DNA from: an uncultured bacterium
GTDB lineage: Bacteria; CSSED10-310; CAZUFC01
Assembly: GCA_964619725.1 (NCBI GenBank)
Contig: CAZUFC010000048.1
Coordinates: forward strand, 1-56,894
DNA: 56,894 bases
Direction of reading: 5' to 3'
Shown: in pieces, positions 18,397 through 28,377 of the stretch
Position numbering within the stretch: position 1 is the first letter of the stretch
Layout: the number at the start of each line of letters is the position of its first letter
Made by a program: the position numbers and the translations under genes
The notes under the pieces: generated by a model
The model's input: the letters and a program-made list of their open reading frames with translations, nothing else
What the model was told of the DNA's origin: nothing
The model's database searches: none

Positions 18397-19410
18397 ATGA
18401 GGATACTTGTTACGGGCGGCGCAGGATTCGTCGGATCGAATCTTGCCGGTAAATTATTGAAAGAGGGACATGAGGTTCACGTGTTAGACAATCTTTCCAG
18501 AAAGGGAACCGAAAAGAACATAGAATGGCTGAAAAGTTTGAACGGCAACCTTTCATTTACGAAAGGCGACATCCGAAATGAAGAAACAGTATCTGAACTA
18601 GTAGGAGACGTGGATGCTGTTTTTCACCTGGCGGCTCAAGTAGCCGTTACCACTTCCGTGGTCGATCCCATTGATGATTTCAATATAAACCTTAAAGGAA
18701 CGCTGAATCTGCTGGAAGCCGTTCGAAAAAACGCTCCCCAGGCACATTTTTTCTACACATCGACTAATAAAGTGTACGGAAAAATGGAGTCAACCTCCGT
18801 GATAGAAAAAGACTCGCGCTACCAATATGAAAACTTGCCGGATGGAGTCGCCGAAGATACTCCTCTGGATTTTTATTCTCCATACGGTTGCTCGAAAGGG
18901 GGAGCGGATCAATATACGATCGATTATGCAAGAATTTACGGGCTGAAAACAACGGTTTTCAGAATGTCCTGCATCTACGGAGACCGGCAGATGGGAAATG
19001 AAGACCAGGGCTGGGTAGCTCATTTCATCATTCAAGGGGTGAAAAATAATAAAATTACGATCTACGGAGATGGAAAACAAGTTCGAGACGTATTATACAT
19101 CAGCGACCTGATCGATCTTTTCCTAACGGCCATGGATAACCCGCATAAAGTTTACGGACAGGCATTCAACGTTGGCGGGGGCAGCGACAACACGATGTCT
19201 CTTCTGGAATTTATTAAAATTTTGAATGATTCATTCTCCCTTGGACTAACCTATGACTTTGACCAGTGGAGACCGGGCGATCAAAAAGTATATGTCAGCA
19301 ACACATCAAAGGTGAAAAAAACGCTGGGCTGGTCTCCTCAATATTCCGTTGAAAGAGGCGTTGAAAGCCTTTATCATTGGATCAGGGCCAATAAATCTCT
19401 GCTGCCTTGA
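18397..19410 (+). CDS. NAD-dependent nucleotide-sugar epimerase (CDP-paratose 2-epimerase-like extended SDR)
   Basis: TGGAGFVG, AAQVAVTTS, STNKVYG, YGCSK, EDQGWVAHF, RPGDQ. Confidence 0.88.
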   Translation: MRILVTGGAGFVGSNLAGKLLKEGHEVHVLDNLSRKGTEKNIEWLKSLNGNLSFTKGDIRNEETVSELVGDVDAVFHLAAQVAVTTSVVDPIDDFNINLKGTLNLLEAVRKNAPQAHFFYTSTNKVYGKMESTSVIEKDSRYQYENLPDGVAEDTPLDFYSPYGCSKGGADQYTIDYARIYGLKTTVFRMSCIYGDRQMGNEDQGWVAHFIIQGVKNNKITIYGDGKQVRDVLYISDLIDLFLTAMDNPHKVYGQAFNVGGGSDNTMSLLEFIKILNDSFSLGLTYDFDQWRPGDQKVYVSNTSKVKKTLGWSPQYSVERGVESLYHWIRANKSLLP

Positions 19411-19437
19411 CGTTCGTTCCGCATTACCGGATTGGGG

Positions 19438-19466
19438 TTGCAATTCAATTTTTGAGGAATTACAAT
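19438..19466 (+). promoter_or_regulatory. sigma70 promoter upstream of rseP
   Basis: TTGCAA-N17-TACAAT. Confidence 0.6.
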
Positions 19467-19687
19467 TATTTTTGGAATCCGGATTTTGCGGATTTCAGAT
19501 CAATTTATGATGTAATAAAGCTGCTGATGACTTTGCGGATGATGTTTGGGCTTACTCTCTTAAAAAACGCGTAAAATTTGAATGCTTTAAATAAATCTCC
19601 AGAAACCTGCAAGCCGAAACCGTTTTTGTCCAGGCCCTGCAACTTTATCGGCAAGGTGAAATAAATGATACTGAGGAGCGTATTTCA

Positions 19688-21004
19688 ATGATTAGCGGGA
19701 TCATATTCAACATTGTGGCTTTTGTCTTTGTTTTGGGCATATTGGTTTTCGTTCATGAGTTCGGTCATTTTATTATGGCGAAATTGAACAAGGTGTACGT
19801 TGAAAAATTTTCACTCGGTTTGGGGCCCAAAATTGTGGGAATAAAAAAAGGAGAAACGGAGTATGTGATATCCGCGATTCCTTTAGGAGGTTTCGTCAAG
19901 CTGAAAGGCGAGAATCCCGACGAAGAATTGTCGGGAGCTCCTGACGAATTATATTCCAAGGGTATTTTGCAGAGACTGTCCATTTTTGCGGCCGGTCCGT
20001 TGATGAACATATTTCTTGCCGTGGCGGCAATATCAGTTGTGAATATAATTGGAGTCGAAGTTCCGTCTTATCTGAAGGATAAACCGGAAATCGCGGGAGT
20101 AATGGAAAAAAGCCCTGCTGATGAAGCAGGGTTCAAGCGGGGCGATCTCATAACCGCGATCGGGGATAAAAAGATCGATACGTGGGAAGAAGCGGAGCTT
20201 CAGTTGTCTTTAACTGCCGCGGAGACTCAGGTATCGGTTCTGCGGGCGGGAGAAAAGCAAACTCTTGATTTTAAACCTTATCCGGACCCCGAAAGCGCAG
20301 TTTCCATGGGAGGAATATTAGCGCCTTTGGATGTGGTTATTCAGGACGTATCAGGCGATTCTCCCGCATCTGCTGCCGGATTGCAGGCAGGCGATTACAT
20401 CGTTGCCGTAAATGATCAGGAGATTCATACCACTTCCCAATTTTTGCTACTGATATCCGAAAATGGCGGGAATTCTCTGACTATGCGTATAGAGCGGGAG
20501 GGTGAAATACTGGAGAAGGACGTCAAGCCTGAATTTAATCAAACAGAGGAAAGATGGCTGATAGGCATAACGTTCACTGAGACGGCAAAGGATTATTATT
20601 TAAAAAGTTATGGATTTTTCGGGGCAATTAAGCAGGGAGTGAATCAAACCCTCAATATGTCCAGGGCGATTTACGAGCTGATCTGGCAACTTCTTACGGG
20701 CAAAGCGTCGGTCAAGAATCTGGGCGGGCCTATCCTGATCGCCCAGTTCGCAGGACGAGCCGCAAAACACGGTCTCATATCATTAATTTCCTTCATCGGT
20801 TTTATCAGCATAAATTTGGGAATACTCAACTTGCTCCCCATTCCCATCCTGGACGGAGGACATATTCTTTTTCTTATTCCTGAGGTTTTCACAGGCAAGC
20901 CTGTGAGTATGAAAAAGCGTATGATCGCTCAGCAGATCGGATTCGGAATACTGGTTCTTCTTATCATTATAATATTTTACAATGATATTATGCGAATCAC
21001 TTGA
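19688..21004 (+). CDS. rseP: Site-2 intramembrane zinc metalloprotease with two PDZ domains
   Basis: HEFGH, IPLGGFVK, AAGPLMN, two SPA..AG PDZ motifs, NLLPIPILDGGH. Confidence 0.95.
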   Translation: MISGIIFNIVAFVFVLGILVFVHEFGHFIMAKLNKVYVEKFSLGLGPKIVGIKKGETEYVISAIPLGGFVKLKGENPDEELSGAPDELYSKGILQRLSIFAAGPLMNIFLAVAAISVVNIIGVEVPSYLKDKPEIAGVMEKSPADEAGFKRGDLITAIGDKKIDTWEEAELQLSLTAAETQVSVLRAGEKQTLDFKPYPDPESAVSMGGILAPLDVVIQDVSGDSPASAAGLQAGDYIVAVNDQEIHTTSQFLLLISENGGNSLTMRIEREGEILEKDVKPEFNQTEERWLIGITFTETAKDYYLKSYGFFGAIKQGVNQTLNMSRAIYELIWQLLTGKASVKNLGGPILIAQFAGRAAKHGLISLISFIGFISINLGILNLLPIPILDGGHILFLIPEVFTGKPVSMKKRMIAQQIGFGILVLLIIIIFYNDIMRIT

Positions 21005-21019
21005 GGACATTGCAGCTAA

Positions 21020-22258
21020 ATGAGCAAGATAGCGATTATCGACCTCCTGTTTACCTGGCCTCCAGACGGCGGCGGCCGAACCGACCTCAAGGAATTCATG
21101 TGTCGATTGGCTAGGGACCACGATGTGACGCTGTTGTGCCCTGATTATCGCCAATATTTTCCACGAGGTGAAATTGACGGCGACTTCCAGAACATTGAAA
21201 TCAGAAAAATCAAATTCAACTATTTGACCTTCAATTTTTTCCTGACGGCATCCCGGTTTCTCAAGGAAACAGAAGCCGTTAAACCCGACAGCGTTTTCAT
21301 CGGGGACGCCTGGTATTTGAAGCCATACCTGATGAACGCGTTGAAGAATTATCAACCCGTCGTTCGATTTTATGCCTATGAATCCTTCTGTCTGCGTAAG
21401 GGGCAGTTCTTTCGGAAAAATAAAGCCTGTGATTATAATTATCTGGAAGGCGGCCTTAAATCTTCTCTCTTCTGCACCCTCTGTGCGGGCTGGGATATAA
21501 AATTCCGCAGCGATACAATGCACGGGCAGGAATTCTGGAACTCCTTGTGCTGGCTTCCGACATACAAAAAAAAATTCATTCGGGCTCTGAAAACTTCCGG
21601 ACCTCTCATAGTATATAATTCTTTCCTGGCGGACCGCATCAAACCTTTTAACCAGAATGTAAAAATCGTACCGGCCGGGATCGACCCCGAAAAGTTCCAT
21701 ACAGAATCACTCCAATCAAGATATAGCTCAAGAATTCCGGAAAAAAAGATCATAACCATGGTTGGAAGGGCTTACGATCCGACAAAAGGATTCAACGCCC
21801 TATACAGCGCCTGTCGTTTAATCCGCAAAAAACGAAACGACTTCCTTTTGCAGATTACGGAAAAAGACACTCAAATCCTGCCTTCAGACGATTTTATCCG
21901 ATCAGTCGGCTGGCATCCCCAGGAAATACTGGCTGATGCCGTCTACAAAAATTCAGATATTTGCGTCGTTCCCTCCCTCTGGAGAGAACCTTTCGGCATT
22001 GTAGCCCTCGAAGCCATGTCTTGCGGCAGACCCGTCGTCGCCTCCAAACTCGGCGGTCTTCAGCACAGCATCGTAGAAGGAAAAAACGGTCTTCTCTTTG
22101 AACCGGGAAATTCTGAAGAATTGGCGGAAAAACTCGAATTCCTGCTCGATTCTCATGAAACAAGAGAAAAAATGGGGCAAGCCGGCAGAAACATGGTCCT
22201 GGAAACCTATAACTGGGATAAAATTTATGAAAATCATTACAAACCGCTCTTTCCTTGA
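21020..22258 (+). CDS. Glycosyltransferase family 4
   Basis: KGF, VVPSLWREPFGIVALEAMSCGRPVV, NGLLFEPGN GT-B motifs. Confidence 0.92.
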   Translation: MSKIAIIDLLFTWPPDGGGRTDLKEFMCRLARDHDVTLLCPDYRQYFPRGEIDGDFQNIEIRKIKFNYLTFNFFLTASRFLKETEAVKPDSVFIGDAWYLKPYLMNALKNYQPVVRFYAYESFCLRKGQFFRKNKACDYNYLEGGLKSSLFCTLCAGWDIKFRSDTMHGQEFWNSLCWLPTYKKKFIRALKTSGPLIVYNSFLADRIKPFNQNVKIVPAGIDPEKFHTESLQSRYSSRIPEKKIITMVGRAYDPTKGFNALYSACRLIRKKRNDFLLQITEKDTQILPSDDFIRSVGWHPQEILADAVYKNSDICVVPSLWREPFGIVALEAMSCGRPVVASKLGGLQHSIVEGKNGLLFEPGNSEELAEKLEFLLDSHETREKMGQAGRNMVLETYNWDKIYENHYKPLFP

Positions 22259-22501
22259 TCCCTTACCCATATGAATCGAAGGTTCCTTATTCCATGAAAA
22301 AAATATTAATTCTGATTAAAATCTCATTCCTTAACCTCTTTTTAATCTTTTATCTCTTCATTCTGCTCATTTTCTCCAAAATGATGTCTCCTTCAGCCTC
22401 ATGTAATGCTGATTCTTCAACGCCGAACGGAAATAAAAATTTTCAATAACCCACGGCCTGATCAAATGGGGGTACAATTTTTGCTTTTCGCCTTTTCTCT
22501 T

Positions 22502-22530
22502 ATCCGTGAAAATCCGTGCTATCCATGGTT
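22502..22530. repeat. Short REP-like tandem motif ATCCGTG x2 + ATCCATG
   Basis: atccgtgaaa-atccgtgct-atccatggtt at 9-10 bp period; partly complementary CCACGG at 22451. Confidence 0.4.
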
Positions 22531-22656
22531 GCGGAATTATTACGATCTTTTCCAAAAACCCGGGTATTTTGTTCATCGCCATAACCTAAACCGGCTCTGC
22601 AACAGCGAATGCCGGCTTCAGAATCTATATTTGTTTCTCATCAGGAGGTCATCAAT

Positions 22657-22983
22657 ATGATCAGTTATCAAGATTTTCAAAAACTGGATATGCGCATCGG
22701 CAGAATATTGAAAGTAGAAGATGTGCCTAAAGCCGACAATCTTTATAAAATTGACGTCGAAATCGGTTCAGAGCAAAGAACCATAGTTGCGGGAATGAAA
22801 CCTTACTATTCAAAAGAAGAAATGGTAGGTCTTGACATCGTTGTGCTTACTAATCTCGAACCGCGTAAAATCAGAGGAATTAAAAGCGAGGGAATGTTGC
22901 TGGCAGCGTCTACTCCCGAACATGAAGAAGTCGTTCTGCTCACAACCCACAAAAAAATCCCTTCGGGCTCGCAAATTTCATAA
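22657..22983 (+). CDS. Stand-alone tRNA-binding OB-fold protein (MetRS C-terminal/Trbp111/CsaA-like)
   Basis: DFQKLDMRIG, RTIVAG, NLEPRKIRGIKSEGMLLA; AGGAGG RBS before ATG 22657. Confidence 0.9.
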   Translation: MISYQDFQKLDMRIGRILKVEDVPKADNLYKIDVEIGSEQRTIVAGMKPYYSKEEMVGLDIVVLTNLEPRKIRGIKSEGMLLAASTPEHEEVVLLTTHKKIPSGSQIS

Positions 22984-23128
22984 GAAACCAAAAGAGCACG
23001 GCTTCGGAGCACAATATACGGTCATTGTGACACAATGGATTCTAAAACGCGTCTGCCCTGTCGCATGAACGTTTCTGCAGGTTTTTCCCCAATCAGACAG
23101 GCGAATGCGACGAAGAAAGGCAACTCTT

Positions 23129-23956
23129 ATGCAAATTCAATCACTCAAAAAATTGTCGCCCTCCATATGTAAATCCCTGAAAGGCGTTTTCACCGATATT
23201 GACGATACTCTTACCTTGAACGGCAAATTACCCCCCGTCGCTTATGAGGCTCTGGAGATTCTCCAATCCAGGGACCTATTAGTGATACCCGTCACCGGAC
23301 GTCCTGCGGGATGGTGCGATCACATCGCTCGATTCTGGCCCGTCGACGGAGTAATCGGAGAAAATGGGGGCCTTTATTTCTACTGGGATGGATCAAAATT
23401 GCGGCGACGTTATATGCAGGATGAACAAACGCGAAAAAACAATCGAAAAAAACTGGAATTCATAGGCCAGGAGATATTTCAAAAAGTTCCCGGTTCAGCT
23501 CCGGCTTCCGATCAGCAATATCGCGAATTCGACCTGGCAGTCGATTATTGCGAGGATGTGCCTCCCCTGGATGCCGACGCTGCCGCTAATATCGTATCTA
23601 TTTTTCAAAAATACGGCGCTCAGGCAAAAATTTCTTCTATCCATGTAAACGGCTGGTTCGGAGAATTCAATAAATTGATCATGTGCCGCATTTTCCTGAA
23701 AGAAGCTTTTTCCATCGACCTGGCTTTGAAAAATGAAAAATTTCTCTTCATCGGCGACTCTCCGAATGATGAACCTATGTTTAAATTTTTTAAGGTGACG
23801 GTGGGGGTCAATAATATTCGAAAGTTCCTGGATCAAATGGAATTTAAACCTGCCTACATTACGAACGAGCGGGGAGGATACGGTTTTCGAGAAATGACGG
23901 ATTATATCGTCAGCGAACGTTTTTCGGATTCAGCAGACAGGCTGGAGGCTACCTGA
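23129..23956 (+). CDS. HAD-IIB family hydrolase
   Basis: DIDDTLT, VTGRPAGW, ENGG, FIGDSPND motifs; start uncertain (23105 or 23129). Confidence 0.9.
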   Translation: MQIQSLKKLSPSICKSLKGVFTDIDDTLTLNGKLPPVAYEALEILQSRDLLVIPVTGRPAGWCDHIARFWPVDGVIGENGGLYFYWDGSKLRRRYMQDEQTRKNNRKKLEFIGQEIFQKVPGSAPASDQQYREFDLAVDYCEDVPPLDADAAANIVSIFQKYGAQAKISSIHVNGWFGEFNKLIMCRIFLKEAFSIDLALKNEKFLFIGDSPNDEPMFKFFKVTVGVNNIRKFLDQMEFKPAYITNERGGYGFREMTDYIVSERFSDSADRLEAT

Positions 23957-24404
23957 TCTTCATGAGCCATTCGATGAAATGATTCATTTCCTCTTGCGTC
24001 ATTGATTCTGTGAATTTACTGTGAGTCTCGTTCCGTAAAATTCCTGCTGTCGTTTCAGCATCCAATCGTTTTGAAATATTTTTCAATGAACCCGCTTCTT
24101 CGCCTTCACAACGCATTCCATGACAGGCTGCACATTGTTTCTTGTAAAATTCAAAACTTATGTTGCTATTGGATACTCCCTGAACCGCTAAGGAAATCTG
24201 ATGCTTCGGCTGCAGAATCTGTTTCTGGCTGGAAGACTTATCCTCCTGAAGCTTCAGAAAATTCTGGTTCGATTCTTTCAATAAAACCACTTTTGTTTGA
24301 GGGGGCGAATCATCTCCGCAGGCCTGCAAGGAAATTAAAGCTATGCTGCCGGCAGCAAGTGCAAATCCTAATTTCATTACAGAAAGCAAATAGTTTTCTT
24401 TCAT
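23949..24404 (-). CDS. Monoheme c-type cytochrome lipoprotein
   Basis: Lipobox LQAC; heme motif CAACH in the C-terminal domain. Confidence 0.75.
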   Translation of the reverse strand: MKENYLLSVMKLGFALAAGSIALISLQACGDDSPPQTKVVLLKESNQNFLKLQEDKSSSQKQILQPKHQISLAVQGVSNSNISFEFYKKQCAACHGMRCEGEEAGSLKNISKRLDAETTAGILRNETHSKFTESMTQEEMNHFIEWLMKIR

Positions 24405-24521
24405 TTCACAGCCTCCTTCTGCAGGAAAACGAAATAAAAAATTTCTGTGAACCAGTAATGGGGTAATAAGATATTATATGCAAATGAGCGCCGGAGGAGT
24501 TTTCCGGTTAATCGCTCTAAT

Positions 24522-24842
24522 CTACAGCCCTTCCATTTTCTTTTTTCTTTCCAGAAATTCCCTATATTCCTTTAAGGAACGTTCCAATTCCTCGCGTTCT
24601 TTAATCAGGCGATTACGTTCTATATTCACGGTCGAACCGCCGATCGAGTTCGAGAGACTGACGCTGCGCTCCAGTTCTGCGATCTTATCATTAAGTTCTT
24701 CCAGTTGCTTTTCGAGTTTAACGAGCTTTTTTTCTTCAGGAGTCAATTCTCTTGGAATGAGAGTCCATTCGTTCAGGGTTGCGTGATTATAAAAGAGCAA
24801 ACCCAAGCCTACAGCTACGATAAATATTACGAAATATTTCAC
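24522..24842 (-). CDS. Small membrane-anchored coiled-coil protein
   Basis: N-terminal hydrophobic helix, E/K/L heptads; GAGGG RBS before GTG. Confidence 0.7.
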   Translation of the reverse strand: MKYFVIFIVAVGLGLLFYNHATLNEWTLIPRELTPEEKKLVKLEKQLEELNDKIAELERSVSLSNSIGGSTVNIERNRLIKEREELERSLKEYREFLERKKKMEGL

Positions 24843-25034
24843 CTTACCCTCCTGTTCGATTGAATATCCTTTCTTTTCTTATGATAATTAATCTTCTGCC
24901 GGAAATAAAGTTTTATTTTTTTCTTGCTTCTCCCGGCTTGTTTTCACTTTGAGACTCAGTTATTGTTTAACCGCCGAAGCATTGCCTCGTTTCTCCGTTT
25001 CGGCGAAATCGGACGATTGAGTAAAGGAGTAATT

Positions 25035-26207
25035 TTGAAAATATTAAAGAATGTCCGGTTGATCGGTTTTGAAGGCAATTTCGATCATGTTCTGAACGGA
25101 CATTTGCTCATTGATAAAGACCGCATTTCAATCATTAAAGGCGAATGTCCGGACGCAGATGCGAAAATCACAGACATGAAAAACTCCTTTGCAACCCCCG
25201 GAATGATAGATATTCACATCCATGGACTTGCAGGCATGGATTTTTCTCAACCTTCCGACAGCGCCGCTTTCGAAATTTTACGACAAAAATTGGCAGAAAA
25301 CGGAACCGTTGCTTTTCTGCCGACCATCCGCGCAGAAGCAATTAAAAAAATGATTGGAGCGGCGCGCAGAATCTCAAACCTGACCGAAGCAGTTATTGAT
25401 AGAAATTCGGCTGAAATTCTGGGTATCAACCTGGAAGGACCTTTTCTTTCAAAAGAATATTCCCGTTTTCACGCAAAAAAGGATTTACAGGACATTACTG
25501 CAGATAACCTAAAGTGCGTTTGGAGCGAAATCTCCAATTTTCTCCGCGTTATAAGCATATCTCCGGAAATTCCCGGAGCTTTTGAAGCGATTCGTTTTTT
25601 TTCAGAAAGAGGTGTAATAGTATCTGTCGGTCATACCGGTTGCAGTTTGAAGGAATTTCAAAATGCAGTCGCATGCGGCGCTCGTTCAGTGACTCATATT
25701 TACAACGGTATGCCGCCAATGCATCATCGTCGCCCGGGTCCTGTTTACGGCGCTTTGACCATGCCGGAACTTTTTGCAGAGTTCATCGGAGACGGACGGC
25801 ATATAGTACGTGAAATGGTACTTTTCTTATTGAAGAACAGAGGTGTGGACAACTGTATTCTTATCAGCGATTCGACCGCTTTGACGATGTTCGAGAGCGA
25901 AACCATAAAAGTCGGTTCCCGGACGCTTCAACGAAGCGGTAAAATTGCGACTGATGAAAACGGGGTGATTGCGGGAGCAGCCACACTGCAGTTGCACGGC
26001 ATATATAATCTAATTGATTGGGGAATTCCGTTTGGTCAGGCCGTCAAAACAGCCACCTACAATCCAGCCCGTTTATTGGGCCTGGAGAATGAAAGAGGAA
26101 TCATCAAAGACGGGGCCAAAGCGGATATACTTATTTTCAATGAAAAAAAACGTTTGGCGAAAATCTTTAAAAACGGGCTCTGTATACACGCCACTTCGCC
26201 CATTTAA
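25035..26207 (+). CDS. nagA: N-acetylglucosamine-6-phosphate deacetylase
   Basis: PGMIDIHIHG, NLEGPFLS, SVGHT, THIYNGM, DGRH, LISD, TYNPARLLG; TTG at 25035 after AAAGGAG. Confidence 0.9.
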   Translation: MKILKNVRLIGFEGNFDHVLNGHLLIDKDRISIIKGECPDADAKITDMKNSFATPGMIDIHIHGLAGMDFSQPSDSAAFEILRQKLAENGTVAFLPTIRAEAIKKMIGAARRISNLTEAVIDRNSAEILGINLEGPFLSKEYSRFHAKKDLQDITADNLKCVWSEISNFLRVISISPEIPGAFEAIRFFSERGVIVSVGHTGCSLKEFQNAVACGARSVTHIYNGMPPMHHRRPGPVYGALTMPELFAEFIGDGRHIVREMVLFLLKNRGVDNCILISDSTALTMFESETIKVGSRTLQRSGKIATDENGVIAGAATLQLHGIYNLIDWGIPFGQAVKTATYNPARLLGLENERGIIKDGAKADILIFNEKKRLAKIFKNGLCIHATSPI

Positions 26208-26222
26208 GAAAGTTTTCTCATT

Positions 26223-28094
26223 ATGAAACAAAACAGAAAAAATATAATCATTACTCTCGATCTCATCATTATCCTTATTTCTTCCATTTTTGCAACACGT
26301 CCCCTTTTCACGCCCAAAATGTTCTACAGCCATGATTATATGGCGCCCGTCATACGGACGCTCCAACTTCATCGCACCCTGACGGACCATCATCTTCCTC
26401 CCCGCTGGTACCCCGATTACGCACTCGGATTCGGCCTTCCTGAACTTGTTTTTTTCCCACCTTTCAGCGTATACCTTCCAGAAGCCTTTTACGCCGCCGG
26501 ATTCGGACTTTATTTTTCCGTAAAATTCAGTTTTTATATTATGTTCGTTCTCGCCGGCATTTTTATGTATCTCTGGGCAAGAGACTACTGGGGAAGACTG
26601 GGCGGTTTGATCTCAGCAATCGCATACCTTTATGCTCCATATCATATCCTGGATTATTTCGTACGGGGAGACCTGCATGAAACTGCGGCCCTGGCTTTTT
26701 TTCCGCTCGCCTTATTCTCCTTCAACAGGTATTTCGCAACCGGCAAAAAGAAATACATCCTTTTAAATGTCGTTTCCTACTCGCTTATTGCCTTATCCCA
26801 TACCCTAATGAGCATGCTATTTACGCCTTTGCTCTTTTTCTATATCCTGCTCCTGAAATATCAGCACAAACCATCATCACGGAAAACTCCTAAAGCTCTT
26901 TTCCACGTTTTTCTTGGAATAATATGCACTTCTTTCTATTGGTTACCCGGTTTCTTCGAACGCCGCTTCGTTAAACTTGATACCATGACCCAGGGATTCG
27001 GGAATTTCCGTGATCATTTCATTCGTCTTCACCAGTTGTTCAATCCTCAATGGGGTTACGGAGCCAGTGTTAAAGGGGTTGAGGATACAATTTCTTTTCA
27101 GATCGGAAACGCGGCTATCTTGCTTTCCCTCATCGGAATATTGAGTATTCCGTTTTCCCGTCGTCGAAATGCAGGCGGAAAAAACGTCATTTTCATATTC
27201 GTAATTGCAGCCTTTTTTATTTCCGTATTCTTCATGCTGGATATTTCCGCTGAATTGTGGGAGACGATCCCTTTCCTGGCTTATTTTCAATTCCCATACA
27301 GATTCCTTGCCCCGGCCTCACTTCTGATCTCCTTTTGCGCCGGAAGCAGCATACGTCTGTTTCATAATTCAAAACCGATCACTCGTTCTCTTTTCACCGC
27401 AATCGCTGTCTTTGTATTACTCATTCTAAACGTCGGATACTGTCGCGTAGTCGGATATGTCGAAACCCCGGAATCGCAATGGAACTACGAAACACTCAGA
27501 AAATTCAGGGACTCCATACAAACCGGGGAATATATCCCTCGATGGGTTAAAGGATTCCCTCCGCCGAAAAATTTTAATTTTGTGCTGGAAAAAATCCCGG
27601 AAAACGGATTCTCACGAGAATCCATGAATAAACGTTTAAAATCAAGAGTAGAAAAATTTAAACACTTGGAACTCTACGAAAAAAAAGAAATTCCCGTGGG
27701 CTCACGAATCATTCGTCCTCAAAAATATAACATATTGAAAGGAAATCCTTTGATTTCCAAATACCATTTCTCTTCGGGAGAAATCTCATTCCTCTACAGC
27801 TCCCAAATATCATCGGAAATTCTGCTGGGCTCCTTCTTCTATCCGGGATGGATGCTTTATCTGGATGAAAAAGCTGTTTCCCAGCCCCAACCCGACCCGA
27901 ATAGCGGATTAACCCTTCTAAAACTGCCTCCCGGAGTTTTTAAAGTCAAAATCCTTTTTCAGGAAACTCCATTGCGTATCGCATCCTGGATACTCAGTTC
28001 CTTAACCTTTCTCGCTTTGTGCATCTATCTTATAGCTTCTTATCTTTTTCAAAATGAAGAAGATACGCAGAAATCTGATCAATTCATGCCCTAA
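26223..28094 (+). CDS. Multi-TM GT-C-fold membrane protein (PTPS-related/YfhO-like putative glycosyltransferase)
   Basis: SHD, PRWYPD...GFG.P...F.PP, YLYAPYH...RGDL.E, QFPYRFL, FYPGW motifs; about 12 TM segments. Confidence 0.75.
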   Translation: MKQNRKNIIITLDLIIILISSIFATRPLFTPKMFYSHDYMAPVIRTLQLHRTLTDHHLPPRWYPDYALGFGLPELVFFPPFSVYLPEAFYAAGFGLYFSVKFSFYIMFVLAGIFMYLWARDYWGRLGGLISAIAYLYAPYHILDYFVRGDLHETAALAFFPLALFSFNRYFATGKKKYILLNVVSYSLIALSHTLMSMLFTPLLFFYILLLKYQHKPSSRKTPKALFHVFLGIICTSFYWLPGFFERRFVKLDTMTQGFGNFRDHFIRLHQLFNPQWGYGASVKGVEDTISFQIGNAAILLSLIGILSIPFSRRRNAGGKNVIFIFVIAAFFISVFFMLDISAELWETIPFLAYFQFPYRFLAPASLLISFCAGSSIRLFHNSKPITRSLFTAIAVFVLLILNVGYCRVVGYVETPESQWNYETLRKFRDSIQTGEYIPRWVKGFPPPKNFNFVLEKIPENGFSRESMNKRLKSRVEKFKHLELYEKKEIPVGSRIIRPQKYNILKGNPLISKYHFSSGEISFLYSSQISSEILLGSFFYPGWMLYLDEKAVSQPQPDPNSGLTLLKLPPGVFKVKILFQETPLRIASWILSSLTFLALCIYLIASYLFQNEEDTQKSDQFMP

Positions 28095-28377
28095 CCAAGT
28101 AATCCGTTTTAACTGAATTGAAAACAAATTGGGAATATCCCTTCGTTTTCCCAGCGAACATCGTCTAATTGCCGCAGGTTCAGCCCACAAATATCGGCCT
28201 GGATCAAAAAATCGTCTTTTGAGGTTACAATTCGACAGAACATTCCATCATTTTGTATCGATTCCGATTGCGATACGGATACATATCCCGATTACTGAAA
28301 CAAACCGTCAAAAGTTTGGCAAGAAGTGTAACCCAGGTTTGATCAGTCCCCTTTTATTCCTTACTCCCGGAATCACT

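Noticed and set aside
20783-21700. 305-aa antisense ORF
   Set aside because: Lies opposite rseP and GT4 with no recognisable motif.
22255-22449. Hydrophobic small ORF after GT4 (possible ATG 22294)
   Set aside because: No RBS and T-rich sequence yields hydrophobic ORFs by chance; cannot support it.
28095-28377. Intergenic gap with short GTATCG/CGATAC hairpin as possible ncRNA
   Set aside because: No recognisable RNA family and only a 6-bp stem.
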